Source of the DNA: the human T2T-CHM13v2.0 reference genome, Homo sapiens
Length of the DNA stretch: 64,000 bases
Direction: 5' to 3' (one strand)
Assembly: GCF_009914755.1 (NCBI RefSeq)
Contig: NC_060925.1
Positions within the stretch are counted from its first letter, which is position 1, and each line of letters starts with the position of its first letter. A model generated the notes under the pieces. It was given only the letters and a program-made list of their open reading frames with translations, was not told the origin of the DNA and searched no databases. The translations under genes were made by a program, and so were the position numbers. This document shows, in pieces, positions 13,030 through 26,769 of this stretch.

Positions 13030-16000
13030 ATGGAATCGTCATCGAATGAATTGAATGCAATCATCGAATGGTCTCGAATGGAATCATCTTCTAATGGAAA
13101 GGAATGGAATCATCGCATAGAATCGAATGGAATTATCATCGAATGGAATCGAATGGTATCAACACCAAACGGAAAAAAACGGAATTATCGAATGGAATCG
13201 AAGAGAATCTTCGAACGGACCCGAATGGAATCATCTAATGGAATGGAATGGAATAATCCATGGACTCGAATGCAATCATCATCGAATGGAATCGAATGGA
13301 ATCATCGAATGGACTCGAATGGAATAATCATTGAACGGAATCGAATGGAATCATCATCGGATGGAAACGAATGGAATCATCATCGAATGGAAATGAAAGG
13401 AGTCATCATCTAATGGAATTGCATGGAATCATCATAAAATGGAATCGAATGGAATCAACATCAAATGGAATCAAATGGAATCATTGAACGGAATTGAATG
13501 GAATCGTCATCGAATGAATTGACTGCAATCATCGAATGGTCTCGAATGGAATCATCTTCAAATGGAATGGAATGGAATCATCGCATAGAATCGAATGGAA
13601 TTATCATCGAATGGAATCGAATGGAATCAACATCAAACGGAAAAAAACGGAATTATCGAATGGAATCAAAGAGAATCATCGAATGGACCCGAATGGAATC
13701 ATCTAATGGAATGGAATGGAATAATCCATGGACTCGAATGCAATCATCATCGAATGGAATCGAATGGAATCATCGAATGGACTCGAATGGAATAATCATT
13801 GAACGGAATCGAATGGAATCATCATCGGATGGAAATGAATGGAATCATCATCGAATGGAATGGAATAGAATTATGGAATGAAATCCAGTGTGATCATCAT
13901 CGAATGGACCCGAATGGAATCATCATCCAACGGAAGCTAATGGAATCAACATCGAATGAATCGAATGGAAACACCATCGAATTGAAACGAATGGAATTAT
14001 CATGAAATTGAAATGGATGGACTCATCATCGAATGGATTCGAATGGAATCATCGAATAAAATTGATTGAAATCATCATCGAATGGAATCGAATGGTATCA
14101 TTGAATGGAATCGAATGGAATCATCATCAGATGGAAATGAATGGAATCGTCATAGAATGGAATCGAATGGATTCATTGAATGGAATCAGATTGAATCATC
14201 GAATGGACTGGAATGGAATCATTGAATGGACTCGAAAGGGATCATGATTGAATGGAATTGAATGGAATCATCGAATGGTCTCGATTGGAATCATTATCAA
14301 ATGGAATCGAATGGAATCACCGAATAGAATCGAATGGAACAATCATCGAATGGACTCAAATGGAATTATCCTCAAATGGAATCGAATGGAATTATCGAAT
14401 GCAATCGAATGGAATTATCGAATGCAATCGAATAGAATCATCGAATGGACTCGAATGGAATCATCGAATGGAATGGAATGGAACAGTCAATGAACACGAA
14501 TGGAATCATCATTGAATGGAATCGAATGGAATCATCGAGTGGAATCGAATGGAATTATGATCAAATGGAATCGAATGTAATCATCATCAAATGGAATCAA
14601 AAATAACCATCATCAATTGGTATTGAATGGAATTGTCATCAAATGGAACTCAAAGGAATCATCATCAAATGGAACCGAATGGAATCCTCATTGAATGGAA
14701 ATGAAAGGGGTCATCATCTAATGGAATCGCATGGAATCATCACCAAATGGAATCGAATGGAATCATCATCAAATGGAATCTAATGGAATCATTGAACAGA
14801 ATTGAATGGAATCGTCATCGAATGAATTGAATGCAATCATCGAATGGTCTCGAATGGAATCATCTTCTAATGGAAAGGAATGGAATCATCGCATAGAATC
14901 GAATGGAATTATCATCGAATGGAATCGAATGGTATCAACACCAAACGGAAAAAAACGGAATTATCGAATGGAATCGAAGAGAATCTTCGAACGGACCCGA
15001 ATGGAATCATCTAATGGAATGGAATGGAATAATCCATGGACTCGAATGCAATCATCATCGAATGGAATCGAATGGAATCATCGAATGGACTCGAATGGAA
15101 TAATCATTGAACGGAATCGAATGGAATCATCATCGGATGGAAACGAATGGAATCATCATCGAATGGAAATGAAAGGAGTCATCATCTAATGCAATTGCAT
15201 GGAATCATCATCAAATGGAATCGAATGGAATCAACATCAAATGGAATCTAATGGAATCATTGAACAGAATTGAATGGAATCGTCATCGAATGAATTGACT
15301 GCAATCATCGAATGGTCTCGAATGGAATCATCTTCTAATGGAAAGGAATGGAATCATCGCATAGAATCGAATGGAATTATCATCGAATGGAATCGAATGG
15401 TATCAACACCAAACGGAAAAAAACGGAATTATCGAAAGGAATCGAAGAGAATCTTCGAACGGACCCGAATGGAATCATCTAATGGAATGGAATGGAATAA
15501 TCCATGGACTCGAATGCAATCATCATCGAATGGAATCGAATGGAATCATCGAATGGACTCGAATGGAATAATCATTGAACGGAATCGAATGGAATCATCA
15601 TCGGATGGAAATGAATGGAATCATCATCGAATGGAATCGAATAGAATTATGGAATGAAATCCAGTGTGATCATCATCGAATGGACCCGAATGGAATCATC
15701 ATCCAACAGAAGCTAATGGAATCAACATCGAATGAATCGAATGGAAACACCATCGAATTCAAACGAATGGAATTACCATGAAATTGAAATGGATGGACTC
15801 ATCATCGAATGGATTCGGATGGAATCATCGAATAAAATTGATTGAAATCATCATCGAATGGAATCGAATGGTATCATTGAATGGAATCGAATGGAATCAT
15901 CATCAGATGGAAATGAATGGAATCGTCATAGAATGGAATCGAATGGATTCATTGAATGGAATCAGATGGAATCATCGAATGGACTGGAATGGAATCATTG

Positions 16001-19000
16001 AATGGACTCAAAAGGTATCATGATTGAATGGAATTGAATGGAATCATCGAATGGTCTCGATTGGAATCATTATTAAATGGAATCGAATGGAATCACCGAA
16101 TAGAATCGAATGGAACAATCATCGAATGGACTCAAATGGAATTATCCTCAAATGGAATCGAATGGAATTATCAAATGCAATCGAATGGAATTATCGAATG
16201 CAATCGAATAGAATCATCGAATGGACTCGAATGGAATCATCGAATGGAATGGAATGGAACAGTCAATGAACTCGAATGGAATCATCATTGAATGGAATCG
16301 AATGTAATCATCGAGTGGAATCGAATGGAATTATGATCAAATGGAATCGAATGTAATCATCATCAAATGGAATCAAAAATAACCATCATCAATTGGTATT
16401 GAATGGAATTGTCATCAAATGGAATTCAAAGGAATCACCATCAAATGGAACCGAATGGAATCCTCATTGAATGGAAATGAAAGGGGTCATCATCTAATGG
16501 AATCGCATGGAATCATCATCAAATGGAATCGAATGGAATCATCATCAAATGGAATCTAATGGAATCATTGAACAGAATTGAATGGAATCGTCATCGAATG
16601 AATTGAATGCAATCATCGAATGGTCTCGAATGGAATCATCTTCTAATGGAAAGGAATGGAATCATCGCATAGAATCGAATGGAATTATCATCGAATGGAA
16701 TCGAATGGTATCAACACCAAACGGAAAAAAACGGAATTATCGAATGGAATCGAAGAGAATCTTCGAACGGACCCGAATGGAATCATCTAATGGAATGGAA
16801 TGGAATAATCCATGGACTCGAATGCAATCATCATCGAATGGAATCGAATGGAATCATCGAATGGACTCGAATGGAATAATCATTGAACGGAATCGAATGG
16901 AATCATCATCGGATGGAAACGAATGGAATCATGATCGAATGGAAATGAAAGGAGTCATCATCTAATGGAATTGCATGGAATCATCATAAAATGGAATCGA
17001 ATGGAATCAACATCAAATGGAATCAAATGGAATCATTGAACGGAATTGAATGGAATCGTCATCGAATGAATTGACTGCAATCATCGAATGGTCTCGAATG
17101 GAATCATCTTCAAATGGAATGGAATGGAATCATCGCATAGAATCGAATGGAATTATCATCGAATGGAATCGAATGGAATCAACATCAAACGGAAAAAAAC
17201 AGAATTATCGTATGGAATCGAAGAGAATCATCGAGTGGACCCGAATGGAATCATCTAATGGAATGGAATGGAATAATCCATGGACTCGAATGCAATCATC
17301 ATCGAATGGAATCGAATGGAATCATCGAATGGACTCGAATGGAATAATCATTGAACGGAATCGAATGGAATCATCATCGGATGGAAATGAATGGAATCAT
17401 CATCGAATGGAATCGAATAGAATTATGGAATGAAATCCAGTGTGATCATCATCGAATGGACCCGAATGGAATCATCATCCAACGGAAGCTAATGGAATCA
17501 ACATCGAATGAATCGAATGGAAACACCATCGAATTGAAACGAATGGATTTATCATGAAATTGAAATGGATGGACTCATCATCGAATGGATTCGAATGGAA
17601 TCATCGAATAAAATTGATTGAAATCATCATCCAATGGAATCGAATGGTATCATTGAATGGAATCGAATGGAATCATCATCAGATGGAAATGAATGGAATC
17701 GTCATAGAATGGAATCGAATGGATTCATTGAATGGAATCAGATGGAATCATCGAATGGACTGGAATGGAATCATTGAATGGACTCGAAAGGGATCATGAT
17801 TGAATGGAATTGAATGGAATCATCGAATGGTCTCGATTGGAATCATTATCAAATGGAATCGAATGGAATCATCGAATAGAATCGAATGGAACAATCATCG
17901 AATGTACTCAAATGGAATTATCCTCAAATGGAATCGAATGGAATTATCGAATGCAATCGAATGGAATTATCGAATGCAATCGAATAGAATCATCGAATGG
18001 ACTCGAATGGAATCATCGAATGGAATGGAATGGAACAGTCAATGAACACGAATGGAATCATCATTGAATGGAATCTAATGGAATCATCGAGTGGAATCGA
18101 ATGGAATTATGATCAAATGGAATCGAATGTAATCATCATCAAATGGAATCAAAAATAACCATCATCAATTGCTATTGAATGGAATTGTCATCAAATGGAA
18201 TTCAAAGGAATCATCATCAAATGGAACCGAATGGAATCCTCATTGAATGGAAATGAAAGGGGTCATCATCTAATGGAATCGCATGGAATCATCATCAAAT
18301 GGAATCGAATGGAATCATCATCAAATGGAATCTAATGGAATCATTGAACAGAATTGAATGGAATCGTCATCGAATGAATTGAATGCAATCATCGAATGGT
18401 CTCGAATGGAATCATCTTCTAATGGAAAGGAATGGAATCATCGCATAGAATCGAATGGAATTATCATCGAATGGAATCGAATGGTATCAACACCAAACGG
18501 AAAAAAACGGAATTATCGAATGGAATCGAAGAGAATCTTCGAACGGACCCGAATGGAATCATCTAATGGAATGGAATGGAATAATCCATGGACTCGAATG
18601 CAATCATCATCGAATGGAATCGAATGGAATCATCGAATGGACTCGAATGGAATAATCATTGAACGGAATCGAATGGAATCATCATCGGATGGAAACGAAT
18701 GGAATCATCATCGAATGGAAATGAAAGGAGTCATCATCTAATGGAATTGCATGGAATCATCATAAAATGGAATCGAATGGAATCAACATCAAATGGAATC
18801 AAATGGAATCATTGAACGGAATTGAATGGAATCGTCATCGAATGAATTGACTGCAATCATCGAATGGTCTCGAATGGAATCATCTTCAAATGGAAGGGAA
18901 TGGAATCATCGCATAGAATCGAATGGAATTATCATCGAATGGAATCGAATGGAATCAACATCAAACGGAAAAAAACAGAATTATCGTATGGAATCGAAGA

Positions 19001-19400
19001 GAATCATCGAATGGACCCGAATGGAATCATCTAATGGAATGGAATGGAATAATCCATGGACTCGAATGCAATCATCATCGAATGGAATCGAATGGAATCA
19101 TCGAATGGACTCGAATGGAATAATCATTGAACGGAATCGAATGGAATCATCATCGGATGGAAATGAATGGAATCATCATCGAATGGAATCGAATAGAATT
19201 ATGGAATGAAATCCAGTGTGATCATCATCGAATGGACCCGAATGGAATCATCATCCAACGGAAGCTAATGGAATCAACATCGAATGAATCGAATGGAAAC
19301 ACCATCGAATTGAAACGAATGGAATTATCATGAAATTGAAATGGATGGACTCATCATCGAATGGATTCGAATCGAATCATCGAATAAAATTGATTGAAAT
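12635..19400 (+). repeat. Second copy of a direct duplication with 12,634-bp offset (copy of about 1-6770)
   Basis: Rare variants are shared at an exact offset of 12,634: the deletion junction (77/12711), GAATCTAATC (163/12797), the hybrid module (2640/15274), CAGAATTATCGTATG in the 4416/17050 and 6192/18826 modules, and TTCGAATCGAATC (about 6732/19366). Confidence 0.9.
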
Positions 19401-21909
19401 CATCATCAAATGGAATCGAATGGTATCATTGAATGGAATCGAATGGAATCATCATCAGATGGAAATGAATGGAATCGTCATAGAATGGAATCGAATGGAT
19501 TCATTGAATGGAATCAGATGGAATCATCGAATGGACTGGAATGGAATCATTGAATGGACTCGAAAGGGATCATTATTGAATGGAATTGAATGGAATCATC
19601 GAATGGTCTCGATTGGAATCATTACCAAATGGAATCGAATGGAATCACCGAATAGAATCGAATGGAACAATCATCGAATGGACTCAAATGGAATTATCCT
19701 CCAATGGAATCGAATGGAATTATCGAATGCAATCGAATGGAATTATCGAATGCAATCGAATAGAATCATCGAAAGGACTCGAATGGAATCATCGAATGGA
19801 ATGGAATGGAACAGTCAATGAACTCGAATGGAATCATCATTGAATGGAATCGAATGGAATCATCGAGTGGAATTGAATGGAATTATGATCAAATGGAATC
19901 GAATGTAATCATCATCAAATGGAATCAAAAATAACCATCATCAATTGGTATTGAATGGAATTGTCATCAAATGGAATTCAAAGGAATCATCATCAAATGG
20001 AACCGAATGGAATCCTCATTGAATGGAAATGAAAGGGGTCATCATCTAATGGAATCGCATGGAATCATCATCAAATGGAATCGAATGGAATCATCATCAA
20101 ATGGAATCTAATGGAATCATTGAACAGAATTGAATGGAATCGTCATCGAATGAATTGAATGCAATCATCGAATGGTCTCGAATGGAATCATCTTCTAATG
20201 GAAAGGAATGGAATCATCGCATAGAATCGAATGGAATTATCATCGAATGGAATCGAATGGTATCAACACCAAACGGAAAAAAACGGAATTATCGAATGGA
20301 ATCGAAGAGAATCTTCGAACGGACCCGAATGGAATCATCTAATTGAATGGAATGGAATAATCCATGGACTCGAATGCAATCATCATCGAATGGAATCGAA
20401 TGGAATCATCGAATGGACTCGAATGGAATAATCATTGAACGGAATCGAATGGAATCATCATCGGATGGAAACGAATGGAATCATCATCGAATGGAAATGA
20501 AAGGAGTCATCATCTAATGGAATTGCATGGAATCATCATAAAATGGAATCGAATGGAATCAACATCAAATGGAATCAAATGGAATCATTGAACGGAATTG
20601 AATGGAATCGTCATCGAATGAATTGACTGCAATCATCGAATGGTCTCGAATGGAATCATCTTCAAATGGAATGGAATGGAATCATCGCATAGAATCGAAT
20701 GGAATTATCATCGAATGGAATCGAATGGAATCAACATCAAACGGAAAAAAACGGAATTATCGAATGGAATCGAAGAGAATCATCGAATGGACCCGAATGG
20801 AATCAGCTAATGGAATGGAATGGAATAATCCATGGACTCGAATGCAATCATCATCGAATGGAATCGAATGGAATCATCGAATGGACTCGAATGGAATAAT
20901 CATTGAACGGAATCGAATGGAATCATCATCGGATGGAAATGAATGGAATCATCATCGAATGGAATCGAATAGAATTATGGAATGAAATCCAGTGTGATCA
21001 TCATCGAATGGACCCGAATGGAATCATCATCCAACGGAAGCTAATGGAATCAACATCGAATGAATCGAATGGAAACACCATCGAATTGAAACGAATGGAA
21101 TTATCATGAAATTGAAATGGATGGACTCATCATCGAATGGATTCGAATGGAATCATCGAATAAAATTGATTGAAATCATCATCCAATGGAATCGAATGGT
21201 ATCATTGAATGGAATCGAATGGAATCATCATCAGATGGAAATGAATGGAATCGTCATAGAATGGAATCGAATGGATTCATTGAATGGAATCAGATGGAAT
21301 CATCGAATGGACTGGAATGGAATCATTGAATGGACTCGAAAGGGATCATTATTGAATGGAATTGAATGGAATCATCGAATGGTCTCGATTGGAATCATTA
21401 TCAAATGGAATCGAATGGAATCACCGAATAGAATCGAATGGAACAATCATCGAATGGACTCAAATGGAATTATCCTCCAATGGAATCGAATGGAATTATC
21501 GAATGCAATCGAATGGAATTATCGAATGCAATCGAATAGAATCATCGAATGGACTCGAATGGAATCATCGAATGGAATGGAATGGAACAGTCAATGAACT
21601 CGAATGGAATCATCATTGAATGGAATCGAATGGAATCATCGAGTGGAATCGAATGGAATTATGATCAAATGGAATGGAATGTAATCATCATCAAATGGAA
21701 TCAAAAATAACCATCATCAATTGGTATTGAATGGAATTGTCATCAAATGGAATTCAAAGGAATCATCATCAAATGGAACCGAATGGAATCCTCATTGAAT
21801 GGAAATGAAAGGGGTCATCATCTAATGGAATCGCATGGAATCATCATCAAATGGAATCGAATGGAATCATCATCAAATGGAATCTAATGGAATCATTGAA
21901 CAGAATTGA

Positions 21910-23217
21910 ATGGAATCGTCATCGAATGAATTGAATGCAATCATCCAATGGTCTCGAATGGAATCGTCTTCAAATGGAATGGAATGGAATCATCGCATAG
22001 AATCGAATGGAATTATCATCGAATGGAATCGAATGGAATCAACATCAAACGGAAAAAAACGGAATTATCGAATGGAATCGAAGAGAATCATCGAATGGAC
22101 CCGAATGGAATCATCTAATGGAATGGAATGGAATAATCCATGGACTCGAATGCAATCATCATCGAATGGAATCGAATGGAATCATCGAATGGACTCGAAT
22201 GGAATAATCATTGAACGGAATCGAATGGAATCATCATCGGATGGAAATGAATGGAATCATCATCGAATGGAATCGAATAGAATTATGGAATGAAATCCAG
22301 TGTGATCATCATCGAATGGACCCGAATGGAATCATCATCCAACGGAAGCTAATGGAATCAACATCGAATGAATCAAATGGAAACACCATCGAATTGAAAC
22401 GAATGGAATTATCATGAAATTGAAATGGATGGACTCATCATCGAATGGATTCGAATGGAATCATCGAATAAAATTGATTGAAATCATCATCGAATGGAAT
22501 CCAATGGTATCATTGAATGGAATCGAATGGAATCATCATCAGATGGAAATGAATGGAATCGTCATAGAATGGAATCGAATGGATTCATTGAATGGAATCA
22601 GATGGAATCATCGAATGGACTGGAATGGAATCATTGAATGGACTCGAAAGGGATCATGATTGAATGGAATTGAATGGAATCATCGAATGGTCTCGATTGG
22701 AATCATTATCAAATGGAATCGAATGGAATCACCGAATAGAATCGAATGGAACAATCATCGAATGGACTCAAAAGGAATTATCCTCAAATGGAATCGAATG
22801 GAATTATCGAATGCAATCGAATGGAATTATCGATTGCAATCGAATAGAATCATCGAATGGACTCGAATGGAATCATCGAATGGAATGGAATGGAACAGTC
22901 AATGAACTCGAAAGGAATCATCATTGAATGGAATCGAATGGAATCATCGAGTGGAATCGAATGGAATTATGATCAAATGGAATCGAATGTAATCATCATC
23001 AAATGGAATCAAAAATAACCATCATCAATTGGTATTGAATGGAATTGTCATCAAATGGAATTCAAAGGAATCACCATCAAATGGAACCGAATGGAATCCT
23101 CATTGAATGGAAATGAAAGGGGTCATCATCTAATGGAATCGCATGGAATCATCATCAAATGGAATCGAATGGAATCATCATCAAATGGAATCTAATGGAA
23201 TCATTGAACAGAATTGA
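21910..23217 (+). repeat. 1,308-bp unit lacking the A module
   Basis: Marker spacing 20602-21910-23218 is 1,308 + 1,308. Confidence 0.92.
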
Positions 23218-26200
23218 ATGGAATCGTCATCGAATGAATTGAATGCAATCATCGAATGGTCTCGAATGGAATCATCTTCTAATGGAAAGGAATGGAATCC
23301 TCGCATAGAATCGAATGGAATTATCATCCAATGGAATCGAATGGTATCAACACCAAACGGAAAAAAACGGAATTATCGAATGGAATCGAAGAGAATCTTC
23401 GAACGGACCCGAATGGAATCATCTAATGGAATGGAATGGAATAATCCATGGACTCGAATGCAATCATCATCGAATGGAATCGAATGGAATCATCGAATGG
23501 ACTCGAATGGAATAATCATTGAACGGAATCGATTGGAATCATCATCGGATGGAAACGAATGGAATCATCATCGAATGGAAATGAAAGGAGTCATCATCTA
23601 ATGGAATTGCATGGAATCATCATAAAATGGAATCGAATGGAATCATCATCAATTGGAATCAAATGGAATCATTGAACGGAATTGAATGGAATTGTCATCG
23701 AATGAATTGACTGCAATCATCCAATGGTCTCGAATGGAATCATCTTCAAATGGAATGGAATGGAATCATCGCATAGAATCGAATGGAATTATCATCGAAT
23801 GGAATCGAATGGAATCAACATCAAACGGAAAAAAACGGAATTATCGAATGGAATCGAAGAGAATCATCGAATGGACCCGAATGGAATCATCTAATGGAAT
23901 GGAATGGAATAATCCATGGACTCGAATGCAATCATCATCGAATGGAATCGAATGGAATCATCGAATGGACTCGAATGGAATAATCATTGAACGGAATCGA
24001 ATGGAATCATCATCAGATGGAAATGAATGGAATCATCATCGAATGGAATCGAATAGAATTATGGAATGAAATCCAGTGTGATCATCATCGAATGGACCCG
24101 AATGGAATCATCATCCAACGGAAGCTAATGGAATCAACATCGAATGAATCGAATGGAAACACCATCGAATTGAAACGAATGGAATTATCATGAAATTGAA
24201 ATGGATGGACTCATCATCGAATGGATTCGAATGGAATCATCGAATAAAATTGATTGAAATCATCATCGAATGGAATCGAATGGTATCATTGAATGGAATC
24301 GAATGGAATCATCATCAGATGGAAATGAATGGAATCGTCATAGAATGGAATCGAATGGATTCATTGAATGGAATCAGATGGAATCATCGAATGGACTGGA
24401 ATGGAATCATTGAATGGACTCGAAAGGGATCATGATTGAATGGAATTGAATGGAATCATCGAATGGTCTCGATTGGAATCATTATCAAATGGAATCGAAT
24501 GGAATCACCGAATAGAATCGAATGGAACAATCATCGAATGGACTCAAATGGAATTATCCTCCAATGGAATCGAATGGAATTATCGAATGCAATCGAATGG
24601 AATTATCGAATGCAATCAAATAGAATCATCAAATGGACTCGAATGGAATCATCGAATGGAATGGAATGGAACAGTCAATGAACTCGAATGGAATCATCAT
24701 TGAATGGAATCGAATGGAATCATCGAGTGGAATCGAATGGAATTATGATCAAATGGAATGGAATGTAATCATCATCAAATGGAATCAAAAATAACCATCA
24801 TCAATTGGTATTGAATGGAATTGTCATCAAATGGAATTCAAAGGAATCATCATCAAATGGAACCGAATGGAATCCTCATTGAATGGAAATGAAAGGGGTC
24901 ATCATCTAATGGAATCGCATGGAATCATCATCAAATGGAATCGAATGGAATCATCATCAAATGGAATCTAATGGAATCATTGAACAGAATTGAATGGAAT
25001 CGTCATCGAATGAATTGAATGCAATCATCGAATGGTCTCGAATGGAATCATCTTCTAATGGAAAGGAATGGAATCATCGCATAGAATCGAATGGAATTAT
25101 CATCGAATGGAATCGAATGGTATCAACACCAAACGGAAAAAAACGGAATTATCGAATGGAATCGAAGAGAATCTTCGAACGGACCCGAATGGAATCATCT
25201 AATGGAATGGAATGGAATAATCCATGGACTCGAATGCAATCATCATCGAATGGAATCGAATGGAATCATCGAATGGACTCGAATGGAATAATCATTGAAC
25301 GGAATCGATTGGAATCATCATCGGATGGAAACGAATGGAATCATCATCGAATGGAAATGAAAGGAGTCATCATCTAATGGAATTGCATGGAATCATCATA
25401 AAATGGAATCGAATGGAATCAACATCAAATGGAATCAAATGGAATCATTGAACGGAATTGAATGGAATCGTCATCGAATGAATTGACTGCAATCATCCAA
25501 TGGTCTCGAATGGAATCATCTTCAAATGGAATGGAATGGAATCATCGCATAGAATCGAATGGAATTATCATCGAATGGAATCGAATGGAATCAACATCCA
25601 ACGGAAAAAAACGGAATTATCGAATGGAATCGAAGAGAATCATCGAATGGACCCGAATGGAATCATCTAATGGAATGGAATGGAATAATCCATGGACTCG
25701 AATGCAATCATCATCGAATGGAATCGAATGGAATCATCGAATGGACTCGAATGGAATAATCATTGAACGGAATCGAATGGAATCATCATCGGATGGAAAT
25801 GAATGGAATCATCATCGAATGGAATCGAATAGAATTATGGAATGAAATCCAGTGTGATCATCATCGAATGGACCCGAATGGAATCATCATCCAACGGAAG
25901 CTAATGGAATCAACATCGAATGAATCAAATGGAAACACCATCGAATTGAAACGAATGGAATTATCATGAAATTGAAATGGATGGACTCATCATCGAATGG
26001 ATTCGAATGGAATCATCGAATAAAATTGATTGAAATCATCATCGAATGGAATCGAATGGTATCATTGAATGGAATCGAATGGAATCATCATCAGATGGAA
26101 ATGAATGGAATCGTCATAGAATGGAATCGAATGGATTCATTGAATGGAATCAGATGGAATCATCGAATGGACTGGAATGGAATCATTGAATGGACTCGAA

Positions 26201-26769
26201 AGGGATCATGATTGAATGGAATTGAATGGAATCATCGAATGGTCTCGATTGGAATCATTATCAAATGGAATCGAATGGAATCACCGAATAGAATCGAATG
26301 GAACAATCATCGAATGGACTCAAATGGAATTATCCTCCAATGGAATCGAATGGAATTATCGAATGCAATCGAATGGAATTATCGAATGCAATCGAATAGA
26401 ATCATCGAATGGACTCGAATGGAATCATCGAATGGAATGGAATGGAACAGTCAATGAACTCGAATGGAATCATCATTGAATGGAATCGAATGGAATCATC
26501 GAGTGGAATCGAATGGAATTATGATCAAATGGAATCGAATGTTATCCTCATCAAATGGAATCAAAAATAACCATCATCAATTGGTATTGAATGGAATTGT
26601 CATCAAATGGAATTCAAAGGAATCATCATCAAATGGAACCGAATGGAATCCTCATTGAATGGAAATGAAAGGGGTCATCATCTAATGGAATCGCATGGAA
26701 TCATCATCAAATGGAATCGAATGGAATCATCATCAAATGGAATCTAATGGAATCATTGAACAGAATTGA

